This document shows, one piece after another, positions 11,623 to 23,108 of a stretch of 64,000 nucleotides of DNA (the stretch's first letter is position 1; each line of letters begins with the position of its first letter). The DNA comes from Marsupella aquatica (taxonomy: Eukaryota; Plantae; Marchantiophyta). The notes below the pieces were generated by a model. The model did not search any database, was not told where the DNA came from, and was given only the letters and a program-made list of their open reading frames with translations. The stretch covers positions 9,546,287 through 9,610,286 of the forward strand of contig OZ316899.1 in NCBI GenBank assembly GCA_973895155.1, read 5' to 3'. The position numbers and the translations under genes were made by a program.

Positions 11623-13230
11623 TGTCGTATGCTAACAAAAGCAAATATCATCGAATATATGCTAAAAACTCGGTGTTCGTTCCCGTGGAAGAACAAGAAT
11701 GGGATGAAAAGATGTTTTAAAGTGTTTTGAGTGGTTTAAAGATGGTACTCAACATCTATAAGAAAAATAGAATCTTAAACAAAACACAAGAAATTAATAA
11801 AATAAGAACAAAGTGACATTTGCTGGATAACAGAATCTTAGAGCTTTTAGAGGTATAGTTCAGCAATATTTAACTCCGTCACCATGTCTTAAGAAAGAGC
11901 TATGGCATTATTTGAGACGTTGATAAGTCAAACATAACCTTGCTATAACTGCTCTCTAGGTTTCTATCATAAATCTATGTTTAAGAAGTGTCTATGCTCA
12001 CAAAACCCAAGATAAGTTTTGGATTGTGTGTATAGTAGTGTGTCATTAAAATGTCGGCAACATGTTTCCTTCTTCAGCGATGCGCAATTCCAAAGAAAAA
12101 CTAATGCACATTCAGTATACCACAATGGTACTTCAAATCTGTGAATTAAGAATGTCACTACTTCTTAATCATATAGATTTCTATTTCTTGATTTCATGCA
12201 ATACTTATCTTCCAAAGATAAGTCCTTCATGTAAATACATAAATGGACAACAAATGTTGTAGTTTGGATTAGGCACCGACCAACGGATCTTCTAATACAT
12301 TCCACAAACTGTATTTTTATGGGTTTTACTTCTTATGATAATTGCAACATACATTACCATACGAAGGAGGGGTAGACTCCTAGCACAAGTAATCAAATTC
12401 CAAGGTATGCAAATCTTCCTTGCAAAATTGCATTACACGTACAAGGGACAAAACTCCAAGATGAGGAGATGCAAATAACTATCCACACTGTCTCAAAATG
12501 AGACTGGTATCACAATAAGTACATGAGATCGCCCACGGGCTAAGGAGAATGAAGAGACATGCCTCTTCATTTCCTAAGTCTAAACTAAGTAAAGTAAAAG
12601 TCAACTTTGACTAAGGGATAGTCAAATGGTCAAAGCTAAGTAAAAGTTTACAAAATAAAATACTAATCTCATACTGTAATAGGAGGAAGATTGAAGCTCG
12701 CGCCCTACTGTCGACCGCCATGAACGTCCCTCAAAGAAAACTGGAGAAAAAGGTTTGGGCCGGCGCGGACGTCACATTAGGTCGTGGCGGGGTGGACGTC
12801 CCGGACATCCCTACGTGGAGGCCGTCCAAGACGTCCTCGAGTTTTTCATGCGGGCCGGCGCGGAAGGAGTCGGCCGTCCTTAGCAAAAAATGGGTGCCGT
12901 CCCGACTGTCCCTGTGTAGAAGCCATCCAAGCCGGCGCCGTCTTTGCCGTCTTTCGTGAGGAGGCCGTCCAGGACGGCGCCGCCCCGGCCGTCCCTGCGT
13001 GGAGGCCGTCCAGGACATCACCTCATTTTGGAAGCTCCTTTCAACTTCTTGCCGTCTTGACTTCTAATATGTGAAAACCAGAGTAGCCTTGACGTCTTCC
13101 AATGGTATCCTTACCCATTTGAGCTTATACTAACTTAATTTTGCTTAAAGGGCCTTATAAAAACTTTTTTTTTTTTAAATTTATGGTTTTGATACTTTAA
13201 CTCTCTTTTTGGAATAATCACCTAATTACA
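11623..13230 (-). repeat. 3' LTR of element 2 (1608 bp)
   Basis: tgtcgtatgc...cctaattaca; direct repeat of 21354-22937. Confidence 0.96.
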
Positions 13231-13246
13231 TAGGTCTCCCCCCAAA
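13231..13246 (-). promoter_or_regulatory. Polypurine tract of element 2
   Basis: TTTGGGGGGAGACCTA on the minus strand, next to the 3' LTR. Confidence 0.75.
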
Positions 13247-13268
13247 CTGCGTCGTGTCCTCACAAGCT

Positions 13269-16173
13269 TTATTCCAGTGGGGTAAGGTAGAGCTTAACTC
13301 TTGCGGCATTGATCCTTGTATCTAGAGGTATCCCGTCCAAAGTAGCTAATGAAACAGAGCCATTTTGGCAAACTTTGATTACTTTGTAAGGGCCTATCCA
13401 ATGGGTATGGAGTTTACCAGGAAAAAGCATATATATTGCATCATAGATTAAGGCTAAATCTCCATCCTTCAACTTGTTAGGCTTTAAATTTTTGTCATAA
13501 GCCTTCTTTCTTTTCATTTGTTGGAGTAAGGTGTGTTGCAAGGCCAATAACCTATCTTCTTCCAAGGTTTCCAATTGAGTCAATCTGCATTGCAAACTAG
13601 GTTCCTCCTCCATGCGGTCGGAAATGATTGTCCTCTCGGTTAACAACTCCATCTCAATGGGAATTAAGGCGTCCAATCCATAAGTGAGATAAAATGGTGT
13701 TTTAGTGGTCGTGATTTTCTCGGCTGTTTGGTATGCCCATAATGCGGAAGATAGCTTTATATCCCAATCTACTTTATGTGCAGAAACCATTTTATTTAAA
13801 ATCTGCCCATTAATCCGTTAGCTCTTTCAGTTAGTCCATTTGCCTTGGGGTTATAGGGTGTAGTCTTTCGATGTTTAATTAAGCACTTTTCAGTAATTAA
13901 TTCAATGGTATCATTGAGAAAGTGTAGTCCACGATCACTTACAAGTTCGAGTGGGCATCCAAACCTTGTGATGATGTTTTCGAAAAGAAATGTTGCAGCA
14001 GTAGCAGCATCATTTTTCCTAGTGGCTTTAGCTTCGACCCACTTGGTCGCATAATCCGTAGCAAGAATGATGTAACGGGTCCTTGAATACCGAGCAGGAG
14101 GTGAAATAGGTCCTATGAAGTCAATACCCCATTTTTCAAAAGGTGAAAGAGGTAAGATTGGGACAAGAGGCCACCTGGAAGTTGTTGTGGGCTTCCCAAT
14201 TCGCTGGCAAGGATCGCATCTTTTAATGAAGTCAAGAGTATCTCGATGCATAGTTGGCCACCAATAGCCAGAATCCCGAATCTTCTTAACTGTGGTATTC
14301 ACCGCATAATGCCCCTTGAATCTTCAGCATGTAGGGCGGTTATAACTTTCATACTCTCCTTAGGCTCGAGACATCTCTTCAACTTCTGGTCGGGAGTTAA
14401 CTTAAAGAGGGTACCTTTAATTAAGGTATAAGGTCCAACTTTTTGTAAAAATACGAGTTTCTCTTCTGCATTTAAGCCTTCTGGCATAACTCCCTCGGTC
14501 AACATCTTTACAATGTCATGATAAATGGAGGTCTCTCCTTCTATATGCCATATTTCTTCATCAGGAAAGGAATCTTCTAAGTTAGTTGTGCTTTCCTTAC
14601 CAGATAGTCTTGAAAGAAAATCTGCATTTTCGTGATGCTTGCCTGGTCTTACGTGGACTTCATAATCAAATTCTTGTAGAAGTAAGACCCATCTCGCCAC
14701 TCTGCCTGATAAATCTGCTTGGTTAACTAAGTACTTCAGAGAATTATGATCTGTGTGGAAAATAACCTTATAACCAAGTAAATAATGTCGAAACTTCTTG
14801 CAAGCAAATATAATAGCTAATGCCTCACGTTCAGTTACCGAATAATTCTTTTCAGGAGCACTGAGTTGTCGACTGGCATAGTAGATTGGGTGATCCCTAT
14901 CTTTCTCATCTTTCTGACTTAGGTTTGCCCCCATGCAAAATGCTGAAGAGTCAATAAACACATGAAAGGTCTTGGTCCAATCTTGGGGTTGGAGTATTGG
15001 AGCTTGTATAAGTCTAGATTTTAACTCTTGGAAAGCAGTCTCTCTCTCCTCGGTCCAAACATACTCAACATCATGTTTGAGAAGTTTTGTTAAGGACATT
15101 GCTATATCAGCATACTTATGGATGAAACGTCGATAGTAACCAACATGGCCAAGGAAGGCCCTAAGTTCTTTTAAATCCTTTGGGGGTTGTAGTTCAACAA
15201 TAACCTTGACCTTATCCTTATCCACTTCAATTCCTCTTTGGGAAATCACATGTCCCAAAAGGATCCCTTCTTGCATTCCTATATAGCATTTCTCTGGATG
15301 GAGAGACAACTGTGCCTCCCTACATTTTGCAAAAGTTTTCTCTAGGCAATCCAAATGCTCTTTAATAGAACTGTAAACGCAAAAGTCATCAATGAAAATT
15401 TCTAGGAAATGGCGTAGATATTCTTGAAAAATTACCATCATAATCCGCTGGAATGTTCCCGGAGCATTGCACAATCCAAATGGCATAACGTTGAAAGCAA
15501 AGGTACCCCAATCAATAGTGAAAGTTGTTTTATCTCTATCTTCTTTACGGATGGAGACTTGATTATACCCCGAGTAACCGTCAAGGAAACTATAAAGTTC
15601 ATGGCGTGCCACTATATCTAGTACCAAGTCAATAAATGGGAGTGGATAATGATCCTTTCGAGTTGCCGCATTTAGTTTTCTAAAGTCTTGGCACACCCTA
15701 ATTTTGGGTTTCCCATCAGGACCAGCTTTCTTAGGCATTATGACAATGGGAGATACCCACTCACTACTCAAGATAGGATAAATGAAGCTTGCTTCCAGCA
15801 ATTTGTCTAACTCTGTTTTGACCATTAAAGAATACTTTGGGTTTAGACGATACTGCCTTTGTCTTACAGGTATAGCTCCGTCATTAAGGTCAATGCGATG
15901 CTCCCCAAGCCAAGGGTGGATACCCTTAAGATCCTGATGGCTCCATGCAAACACATCCTTGTATTGCTTTAATAAATCAATGTATTTTTGTCTCATCTCA
16001 CCTTGGATATGCTTACCAATGTTAATGAACTTTCCGGGTTCAATCTCAATCTTCTGTGCTTGTCGCGGATCCACCATGCCTTCAATCATTCCTGCTCCTT
16101 GTAACTCCTTGATTTCTTCCTCCGTCGGTGGCAACCTTGGATTCTCACTGTCATTGGTGGTCACCGACTGCAC
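13269..16173 (-). pseudogene. pol: pol of element 2 (RT, RNase H, integrase); integrase has two frameshifts
   Basis: MPFGLCNAP, FIDD, FIDSS...NYSVTEREAL, WGIDFIGP, SDRG, ANGLTER and GPY motifs; frame breaks near 14300 and 13800. Confidence 0.95.
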
Positions 16174-16176
16174 GAG

Positions 16177-19100
16177 TCAAAATTTAGAGTCCACCCCCTT
16201 CAGTGGGAGTTCGCCCTCCTCATAGATCTCTATGTACTGTATACTTGAGTAATCTTGGAATTTGTGGAAAGCGGTCACTAGCCCGGAGTCAGAATAGTCA
16301 GAAGTGTACCCCTCTTCGGTAGATGTCTCTCCGAGGTAAGGTTCCGGTCCCCAATTCATTTTAACACGTGGTTCTCCAAAAGACAATTCTCGTTGCTCCC
16401 AATTAACTTTCACCTTGGCCTTATAGAGCCATGGCCTGCCTAATAGAATTGGAAAACTTGATGGGATTTCAGGGTCTATTACAACGTAATCAAGATAAAA
16501 ATTAAGTCCTGCTATATTAGTTGGCACCTTACTGAGTTTTCCCACTGGAATAACTCGTGATTGGTCTGCCATTCTCAAAATTTTAGGAGTATGCTCAAAT
16601 GTTGTAAATCCAAGGTCAGAAGCTACTGTCTTGGTCATAAGGTTGACACTTGAACCTCCATCCACTGGTACTTTTTTGATTACACAACCTTCTATTTGAA
16701 TGTCAATTTCAGGTGGTCCTTGGTCTTCCCACTCCATTCTCAAAATCTCAGTAGTAGGTAACTTGACACGTCTCCTCCTTCCCATTAATAGACTTCTCAG
16801 TTGTTTTCGGTAGGTAGGATTATCTTGCAACAATTCTCCTATTGTAATATTGGCGGGATGGTTCTTGACATCTTGAACTATATCATAATGAGTTCTCTTT
16901 TCAGGGATCAGTTTCTTAGGTACACTCACCTCAGGTAGATCATGTTTTGGGTCTTGTACTTTCTCCAAAATCTCAGTTGCTAAGTAATCCCTTATCTCAT
17001 CCGAGATATCTGGCACAAAATACTTAGGATCATGCCTATCATAGGCTGGATCTTGGTCCTTAGGTAAACCTTCTTCAAAGGGGGTCTTCTTCTTCTTAGG
17101 AGGTTTCTTCTTCTTTCTATCCTTATCATCACCACTTCTTTCTTCTTCCCCTTGTCCTTTAGATCGAGTGGTTGCAAAAGTATCCAAAATTTGGTCACGA
17201 TTCTGCACCCTAGTATTTGGTTGACCTGCTACTCCAGTCTTGACTAAATCTTTCACTTCTGTATCAAAAACTTTTCCAGTCAAGGGTTGCCCAAAAACTT
17301 CTAGAGGTGAGGATGTGGATTTTACTGGCAATTCTTCCTCCAGATTTCCGGTGCTACCAATAGTGTCCATCACTCGATTTACTGTTACATCTTCCTCAAC
17401 AAAAATGTAATGACAATGGTCTACCTCCTCCGTACTATACACCATTCTAACATTGGCCTCTGGTTGTGAGGGTTCCTTGGCAGGTTCTTGTGCAAACCTC
17501 ACCATCATCCGTGGTTTAGGGGGGTTAGGGCATTCCACTGGTAAGTGTCCCTCCTTACCACAATTTCCACAAATAGGTGTAAATCCTTCTTCCTGTCTAG
17601 GGTATGGACATTGTGGAATGTAGTGACCCTTCTGTCCACAATTCCAACAAGTACCTCGATCTCTTGGAGCTCCCTTAGGTGGATATCCTCCCGGAGGTCC
17701 CATCGGTGGTCTCGGCACCGGTCGTTGAGAAGGTCCAGATGGTGCTGTAGGGAAATACTGTGGCCTAGCATTCTGAGCTTGAAGTGCATATATATCATTA
17801 TATTCATACATATCTTCTTCTTCCTCCTCTCTGTAATTAAGGTAGTTTACTGTAGGTTTACCATTTGGGCATTCATTTGGGTAATGGCCATGGCCGTTAC
17901 ATCTAGTACACCATACATTTGTTCTTTGGATAGGTATGGGTCTCCTTGGTGGTCTCACTCCAGCAATATTTACAGAAAGTTTAGACAATTGGCTACTTAA
18001 GGATTCAATTACCTTATCCAAATGTTTTGTTTTTGCCGGTACAGCTACCTTTTTGACCTGAGTGGTTCGCTTCTTGGTATCTTCCTCTGAACTAGAACTG
18101 CTACTTTCTGAGGTCGACTCCGAAGTGTCATCACTGCTCTCAGTGCTGCTCTCATCTTCGCTGGAATCTGATGAGGAAGACTTCCCCTTTCTCTTCTTTT
18201 TATTCTTTCGTTTCTTCTTTCGTTCTTTCTTCAAATCTCTCCTTACCCAACTAGGTTGAGATAATTCAGAATCTATATAAGTTTGGGCGGCCTCTTGAGC
18301 CTCCTCAAGAGTTTTCACTCCTTCCCTACGAACAAACCTGTTGATAGGACCGGGCAAACCATTTATAAACCAATCCCTAATAGTATCAGGTGCCGTATTT
18401 GGGTTATATGCATCGATCAAATCTAGTAATTTAGCCGAATACTTCTTCACCGAATCGTGTTTCTTCATTCGATGTTGAGATATTTTTGCGAATGCTCTTG
18501 CTGATGCTCCGTCTTCCTGAAATCTCCTAAGGAATGCCAACTTTGTTTTTGACCAATCATTCTTGTCCTTGAATCGATCATACCATTTTTGAGCAGCTCC
18601 CTTTAATAAGCCTCCAAAAATTGATGCCTTCTCATTATTTGTATTCTGATTGTTTGTGGCAGCTGATGCTTCAAATTCTTTGAGGTAGGTTTCCGCATCT
18701 TCCTTCTCTTTCCCATAGAACTTATCAAACTTCACTATATTTTTAGCCATTATGGAGGTGGAAGGTAATAATAACCGGGTAGGAGGTACAGACAATAGTT
18801 GCGGTTGTGCTTGGATAGGTACTAGATTAGGAGAATTTGATGCAAAAGGATTAATTGATCCTTGAGGGCTAACCACTGTACTTCCGCTAGAATCTGATGA
18901 GGAACTTAAGGTATCTGACGTAGAATCCAAAATGTATGGTGTAGATGCCTCAATTTCTAATCTCTCTGCCACTGATGATTCAATCCTTAACACGGGTTCC
19001 TCTTCAATCTCTTCCCCTGGTCTGCTATCAAGCGGAATAGGAGCTTGAACTCGATATCCTCTCTTGGTTTGTCGCGGTACCACTAATTTTGGTCCCGATC

Positions 19101-19320
19101 GCAAATTGATATAGGTAGGGCGACTACTCGTGGGGTGATCAATAGTCCCGCTTCCTATTGCATTCAATGTGCTTAACCTGTGTGCCACAATTCCGGTAGG
19201 AGGACTATCGTTTGCTTCAAAATATGGTTGTAATCGAGTAGGTTCCAATGCTTGACTTTCAAAAGGTACAATCGCCTCCTTAGGTTCCTTGTGTTCAATT
19301 GATTTTCCCCTCTTACTCAT
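16177..19320 (-). CDS. gag: gag-protease of element 2 (1047 aa, three CCHC zinc knuckles)
   Basis: CTRCNGHGHYPNEC, CWNCGQKGHYIPQC and CGNCGKEGHLPVEC; protease VDGGSSVNLM...ILLGRPWL. Confidence 0.93.
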   Translation of the reverse strand: MSKRGKSIEHKEPKEAIVPFESQALEPTRLQPYFEANDSPPTGIVAHRLSTLNAIGSGTIDHPTSSRPTYINLRSGPKLVVPRQTKRGYRVQAPIPLDSRPGEEIEEEPVLRIESSVAERLEIEASTPYILDSTSDTLSSSSDSSGSTVVSPQGSINPFASNSPNLVPIQAQPQLLSVPPTRLLLPSTSIMAKNIVKFDKFYGKEKEDAETYLKEFEASAATNNQNTNNEKASIFGGLLKGAAQKWYDRFKDKNDWSKTKLAFLRRFQEDGASARAFAKISQHRMKKHDSVKKYSAKLLDLIDAYNPNTAPDTIRDWFINGLPGPINRFVRREGVKTLEEAQEAAQTYIDSELSQPSWVRRDLKKERKKKRKNKKKRKGKSSSSDSSEDESSTESSDDTSESTSESSSSSSEEDTKKRTTQVKKVAVPAKTKHLDKVIESLSSQLSKLSVNIAGVRPPRRPIPIQRTNVWCTRCNGHGHYPNECPNGKPTVNYLNYREEEEEDMYEYNDIYALQAQNARPQYFPTAPSGPSQRPVPRPPMGPPGGYPPKGAPRDRGTCWNCGQKGHYIPQCPYPRQEEGFTPICGNCGKEGHLPVECPNPPKPRMMVRFAQEPAKEPSQPEANVRMVYSTEEVDHCHYIFVEEDVTVNRVMDTIGSTGNLEEELPVKSTSSPLEVFGQPLTGKVFDTEVKDLVKTGVAGQPNTRVQNRDQILDTFATTRSKGQGEEERSGDDKDRKKKKPPKKKKTPFEEGLPKDQDPAYDRHDPKYFVPDISDEIRDYLATEILEKVQDPKHDLPEVSVPKKLIPEKRTHYDIVQDVKNHPANITIGELLQDNPTYRKQLRSLLMGRRRRVKLPTTEILRMEWEDQGPPEIDIQIEGCVIKKVPVDGGSSVNLMTKTVASDLGFTTFEHTPKILRMADQSRVIPVGKLSKVPTNIAGLNFYLDYVVIDPEIPSSFPILLGRPWLYKAKVKVNWEQRELSFGEPRVKMNWGPEPYLGETSTEEGYTSDYSDSGLVTAFHKFQDYSSIQYIEIYEEGELPLKGVDSKF

Positions 19321-19971
19321 ACCTCAATTTCAATTCAACAAGAAGGATCTAATTCTGAAATTCCAAAAATCTGTAATTGTACTCTTAGAAGTTAAAACTC
19401 TGATCTTCCCTTCTCCTTAATACCTTAAGGGCTCCCTAAAAATGAAAATTCGTGACTGTTCAGGTTTTGCCTGGAGTCAACGGAACCTGGTAGTGCTCCT
19501 CAACACCTTTCTAACGCACTAAAAAAATTAATTTTTGGCCAAGAGGTGCGAAAGTTATGGGCTGTTCAAGGTGACGTCTTGGACGGCTTGGTCTAAGGGT
19601 CGTCAGGGACGTCAAGGACATCAGGGTGTTCTGACGTCCCTTCACAGCCGGCTCGACGTCCCTTCAGAATTCGGTGATGTCCTGGACGTCCTCACACACA
19701 GGTCGTCCGAGCCGTCAACAAGGTGACGTCCTGGACGTCTTTACACGCAGGCCGTCCGGGACGTCCAGAATTTTTTTCCGAAACTAAATTGGTCACAACT
19801 CCCAATTCCCTTATCAGTTTTGGCTCAATTTTATATCAATTTAACATGCCATCTTCCAAGGAATCCAAATCTGATGTTATAATTCAAATCAAAAATTGGA
19901 GGAAGGAGTTTCCTTCACAAGCCAATCAATGGTTCATCATAAGGCAGTCATTAAGCACTCCCTCATCTTCT

Positions 19972-20217
19972 TCATCTCTGGTCCTGGATGAGAGCATGGG
20001 CTAAATCTGAAATTGAAATGACAACATATCTCTCTCCTGTAACTCGTCCATTTAATCTCAAAATCACTAAATGAAGTTGGTCTCCTTGCCACCAAGTAAT
20101 GGATAACCAATGAATGCCTCTCCTTCCTCTTAGGCTAAGTACTCTTGTTCTCAAATAGGTATTTCTCATATTCTGTATTCTGAAGGTGCCTAGTGATCTT
20201 GGTTGAGATCTCGGCAT
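19972..20217 (-). CDS. Small extra ORF upstream of gag in element 2; conserved in element 3
   Basis: MPRSQPRSLGTFRIQNMRN...LSLRGRRGIHWLSITWW has a clear homologue at about 34470-34694. Confidence 0.6.
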   Translation of the reverse strand: MPRSQPRSLGTFRIQNMRNTYLRTRVLSLRGRRGIHWLSITWWQGDQLHLVILRLNGRVTGERYVVISISDLAHALIQDQR

Positions 20218-20230
20218 CTTATCTACCAAG

Positions 20231-21178
20231 TTAGAACTCTATTTGAAAGAATCCATTGTTCAATTCTTCGTTAACTGTTGAGGTCTGATACCCATTCAAA
20301 AGATTGTTTAGCACATCAAGTGCATCTATCCACGAATCTCCAAGTCCATGCAATATGGCCAAACTCTCCTTGATTCTTAACTTCTCTGCTTCAGTTGCCC
20401 AAAAACTATGGCGCTCATTCTTTCTTAGAACAAATTCTAAATCATTTTCCTCCTCGATAGGTAATAGCTTGTATTCACCATCGTCAATCCACAATCTCTT
20501 CAACACTAATATGTTTGTCTTGTCACAAATTTCTGGCAAATTGGAAACCCATTTGAAACATGCTTTTCCCGAACTCAACTCCTTCCACTTAATTAAGATC
20601 CACCCATTCCTAGCGTAGTGGTCCAAGGTTGTAATTAACACCTTTCTACTCAAAGTCATAACAGGCTTTTCCTCTTGTAGAAGTACATTGGAGTTTCCAT
20701 AGAAGTCCTTCAGCACATTATCAAGCTGATGTCTCCACAAAGGATCTCCCTTCAAGATTGCCAAAGCGTCCTTTAATTCATTCTCAATCTCCAAATCTAA
20801 ACTTTCCTCCTCAATATGGTGGTCCTTTAACAGTATAGGAATCAATTCCTTATCAAATTCATTGTCTTGCGTGGCTTCCACCAATTCGAATCTTCCGTCT
20901 AAAACTCGCCTGAAAATCAATAAACAATCAAGGAAAACATTTGTATCCCACGAATCAACTTTAATCAATTCGCCACCCCAAAAATAACTTCCTCCACTTG
21001 CACTTCCTCCTTGACTTTTCACGATTGTCGCCCTAGAATGCGTAGTGGTGGTGATAATATTGTGACATTGATTTTCTCGTGACTTGATTTGGGCTCGCTC
21101 CCTTTTCTGAGGTCGATTTCTCCTTGGCATGTTTTTGATCTCCAATGTCTCTCCTTTCTTTTCTTTAAAATTCAGCAA
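20231..21178 (-). CDS. Extra 5' ORF (about 300 aa, unknown function) between the PBS and gag of element 2
   Basis: Stop-free 315-codon frame in the element's sense orientation, with globular-looking composition. First ATG at about 21130. Confidence 0.65.
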   Translation of the reverse strand: MLNFKEKKGETLEIKNMPRRNRPQKRERAQIKSRENQCHNIITTTTHSRATIVKSQGGSASGGSYFWGGELIKVDSWDTNVFLDCLLIFRRVLDGRFELVEATQDNEFDKELIPILLKDHHIEEESLDLEIENELKDALAILKGDPLWRHQLDNVLKDFYGNSNVLLQEEKPVMTLSRKVLITTLDHYARNGWILIKWKELSSGKACFKWVSNLPEICDKTNILVLKRLWIDDGEYKLLPIEEENDLEFVLRKNERHSFWATEAEKLRIKESLAILHGLGDSWIDALDVLNNLLNGYQTSTVNEELNNGFFQIEF

Positions 21179-21326
21179 GATTCAATTCTAAAAGAATCAA
21201 ACACCATGAAATAGGTTTGCAACCCTAATTCGCCATATCTAACTCCCTCTTCCTTCAACCTCCTTGAATTCCAAGAATTGATAGTTTGGCATTCACTGCC
21301 AGCTTGTCAAATCATCCCTGATCTGT

Positions 21327-21344
21327 TCCCCGGCAGCGGCGCCA
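21327..21344 (-). promoter_or_regulatory. Primer binding site of element 2 (tRNA-Asp, Athila-type)
   Basis: TGGCGCCGCTGCCGGGGA, separated from the 5' LTR by 9 nt (TACGATTTT). Confidence 0.88.
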
Positions 21345-21353
21345 AAAATCGTA

Positions 21354-22937
21354 TGTCGTATGCTAACAAAAGCAAATATCATCGAATATATGCTAAAAAC
21401 TCGGTGTTCGTTCCCGTGGAAGAACAAGAATGGGATGAAAAGATGTTTTAAAGTGTTTTGAGTGGTTTAAAGATGGTACTCAACATCTATAAGAAAAATA
21501 GAATCTTAAACAAAACACAAGGAATTAATAAAATAAGAACAAAGTGACATTTGCTGGATAACAGAATCTTAGAGCTTTTAGAGGTATAGTTTAGCAATAT
21601 TTAACTCCGTCACCATGTCTTAAGAAAGAGCTATGGCATTATTTGAGATGTTGATAAGTCAAACATAACCTTGCTATAACTGCTCTCTAGGTTTCTATCA
21701 TAAATCTATGTTTAAGAAGTGTCTATGCTCACAAAACCCAAGATAAATTTCGGATTGTGTGTATAGTAGTGTGTCATTAAAATGTCGGCAACATGTTTCC
21801 TTCTTCAGCGATGCGCAATTCCAAAGAAAAACTAATGCACATTCAGTATACCACAATGGTACTTCAAATTCATGAATTAAGAATGTCGCTACTTCTTAAT
21901 CATATAGATTTCTATTTCTTGATTTCATGCAATACTTATCTTCCAAAGATAAGTCCTTCATGTAAATACATAAATGGACAACAAATGTTGTAGTTTGGAT
22001 TAGGCAACGACCAACGGATCTTCTAATACATTCCACAAACTGTATTTTTATGGGTTTTACTTCTTATGATAATTGCAACATACATTACCATACGAAGGAG
22101 GGGTAGACTCCTAGCACAAGTAATCAAATTCCAAGGTATGCGAATCTTCCTTGCAAAATTGCATTACACGTACAAGGGACAAAACTCCAAGATGAGGAGA
22201 TGCAAATAACTATCCACACTGTCTCAAAATGAGACTGGTATCACAATAAGTACATGAGATCGCCCACGGGCTAAGGAGAATGAAGAGACATGCCTCTTCA
22301 TTTCCTAAGTCTAAACTAAGTAAAGTAAAAGTCAACTTTGACTAAGGGATAGTCAAATGGTCAAAGCTAAGTAAAAGTTTACAAAATAAAATACTAATCT
22401 CATACTGTAATAGGAGGAAGGTTGAAGCTCGCGCCCTACTGTCGACCGCCATGGACGTCCCTCAAAGAAAACTGGAGAAAAAGGTTTGGGCCGGCGCGGA
22501 CGTCACATTAGGTTGTGGCGGGGTGGACGTCCGAACGTCCCTACGTGGAGGCTGTCCAAGACGTCCTCGAGGTTTTCATGCGGGCCGGCGCGGAAGGAGT
22601 CGGCCGTCCTTTGCAAAAAATGGGTGTCGTCCCGGCCGTCCCTGTGTAGAAGCCGTCCAAGCCGGCGCCGTCTTTGCCGTCTTTCGTGAGGAGGCCGTCC
22701 CTGCGTGGAGGCCGTCCAGGACGTCACCTCATTTTGGAAGCTCCTTTCAACTTCTTGCCGTCTTGACTTCTAATATGTGAAAACCAGAGTAGCCTTGACG
22801 TCTTCCAATGGTATCCTTACCCATTTGAGCTTATACTAACTTAATTTTGCTTAAAGGGCCTTATAAAAACTTAAAAATTTTAAAAATTTATGGTTTTGAT
22901 ACTTTAACTCTCTTTTTGGAATAATCACCTAATTACA
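21354..22937 (-). repeat. 5' LTR of element 2 (1584 bp)
   Basis: Matches 11623-13230 apart from scattered substitutions and a 24-bp indel in the GC-rich block. Confidence 0.96.
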
Positions 22938-22942
22938 GAACT

Positions 22943-23050
22943 CAAGGCCCCAACGGAAGTCTGGGTTGCTCTGCTCAAGCAAGACTCCCTCAGAACAATC
23001 TGCCTCTGAAATTGGTGGTTTCAATGCATTGAGAGTACTCCCTGCAATTG
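22943..23050 (-). pseudogene. Exon 2 (5' part) of the ParB/Srx-like gene
   Basis: Acceptor ggttgtAG at 23051-23052. Reads IAGSTLNALKPPISEADCSEGVLLEQSNPDFRWGL, in frame with the sequence from 11622 onward and with the upstream exon. Confidence 0.68.
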
Positions 23051-23108
23051 CTACAACCATGCATAATTATTAGTTTTGTCATTGGAAATTTGGGATTCTC
23101 TATAAGTT

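Larger units (their letters stand above)
11623..22937 (-). mobile_element. Full-length Athila-like (non-chromovirus) Ty3/gypsy LTR retrotransposon (element 2) with 5-bp TSD GAACT
   Basis: Near-identical TG...CA LTRs at 11623-13230 and 21354-22937. GAACT at 11618-11622 and 22938-22942. tRNA-Asp-type PBS. Removing the element rejoins the host reading frame (...RWGLEF|SKVDFDY...). Confidence 0.96.
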
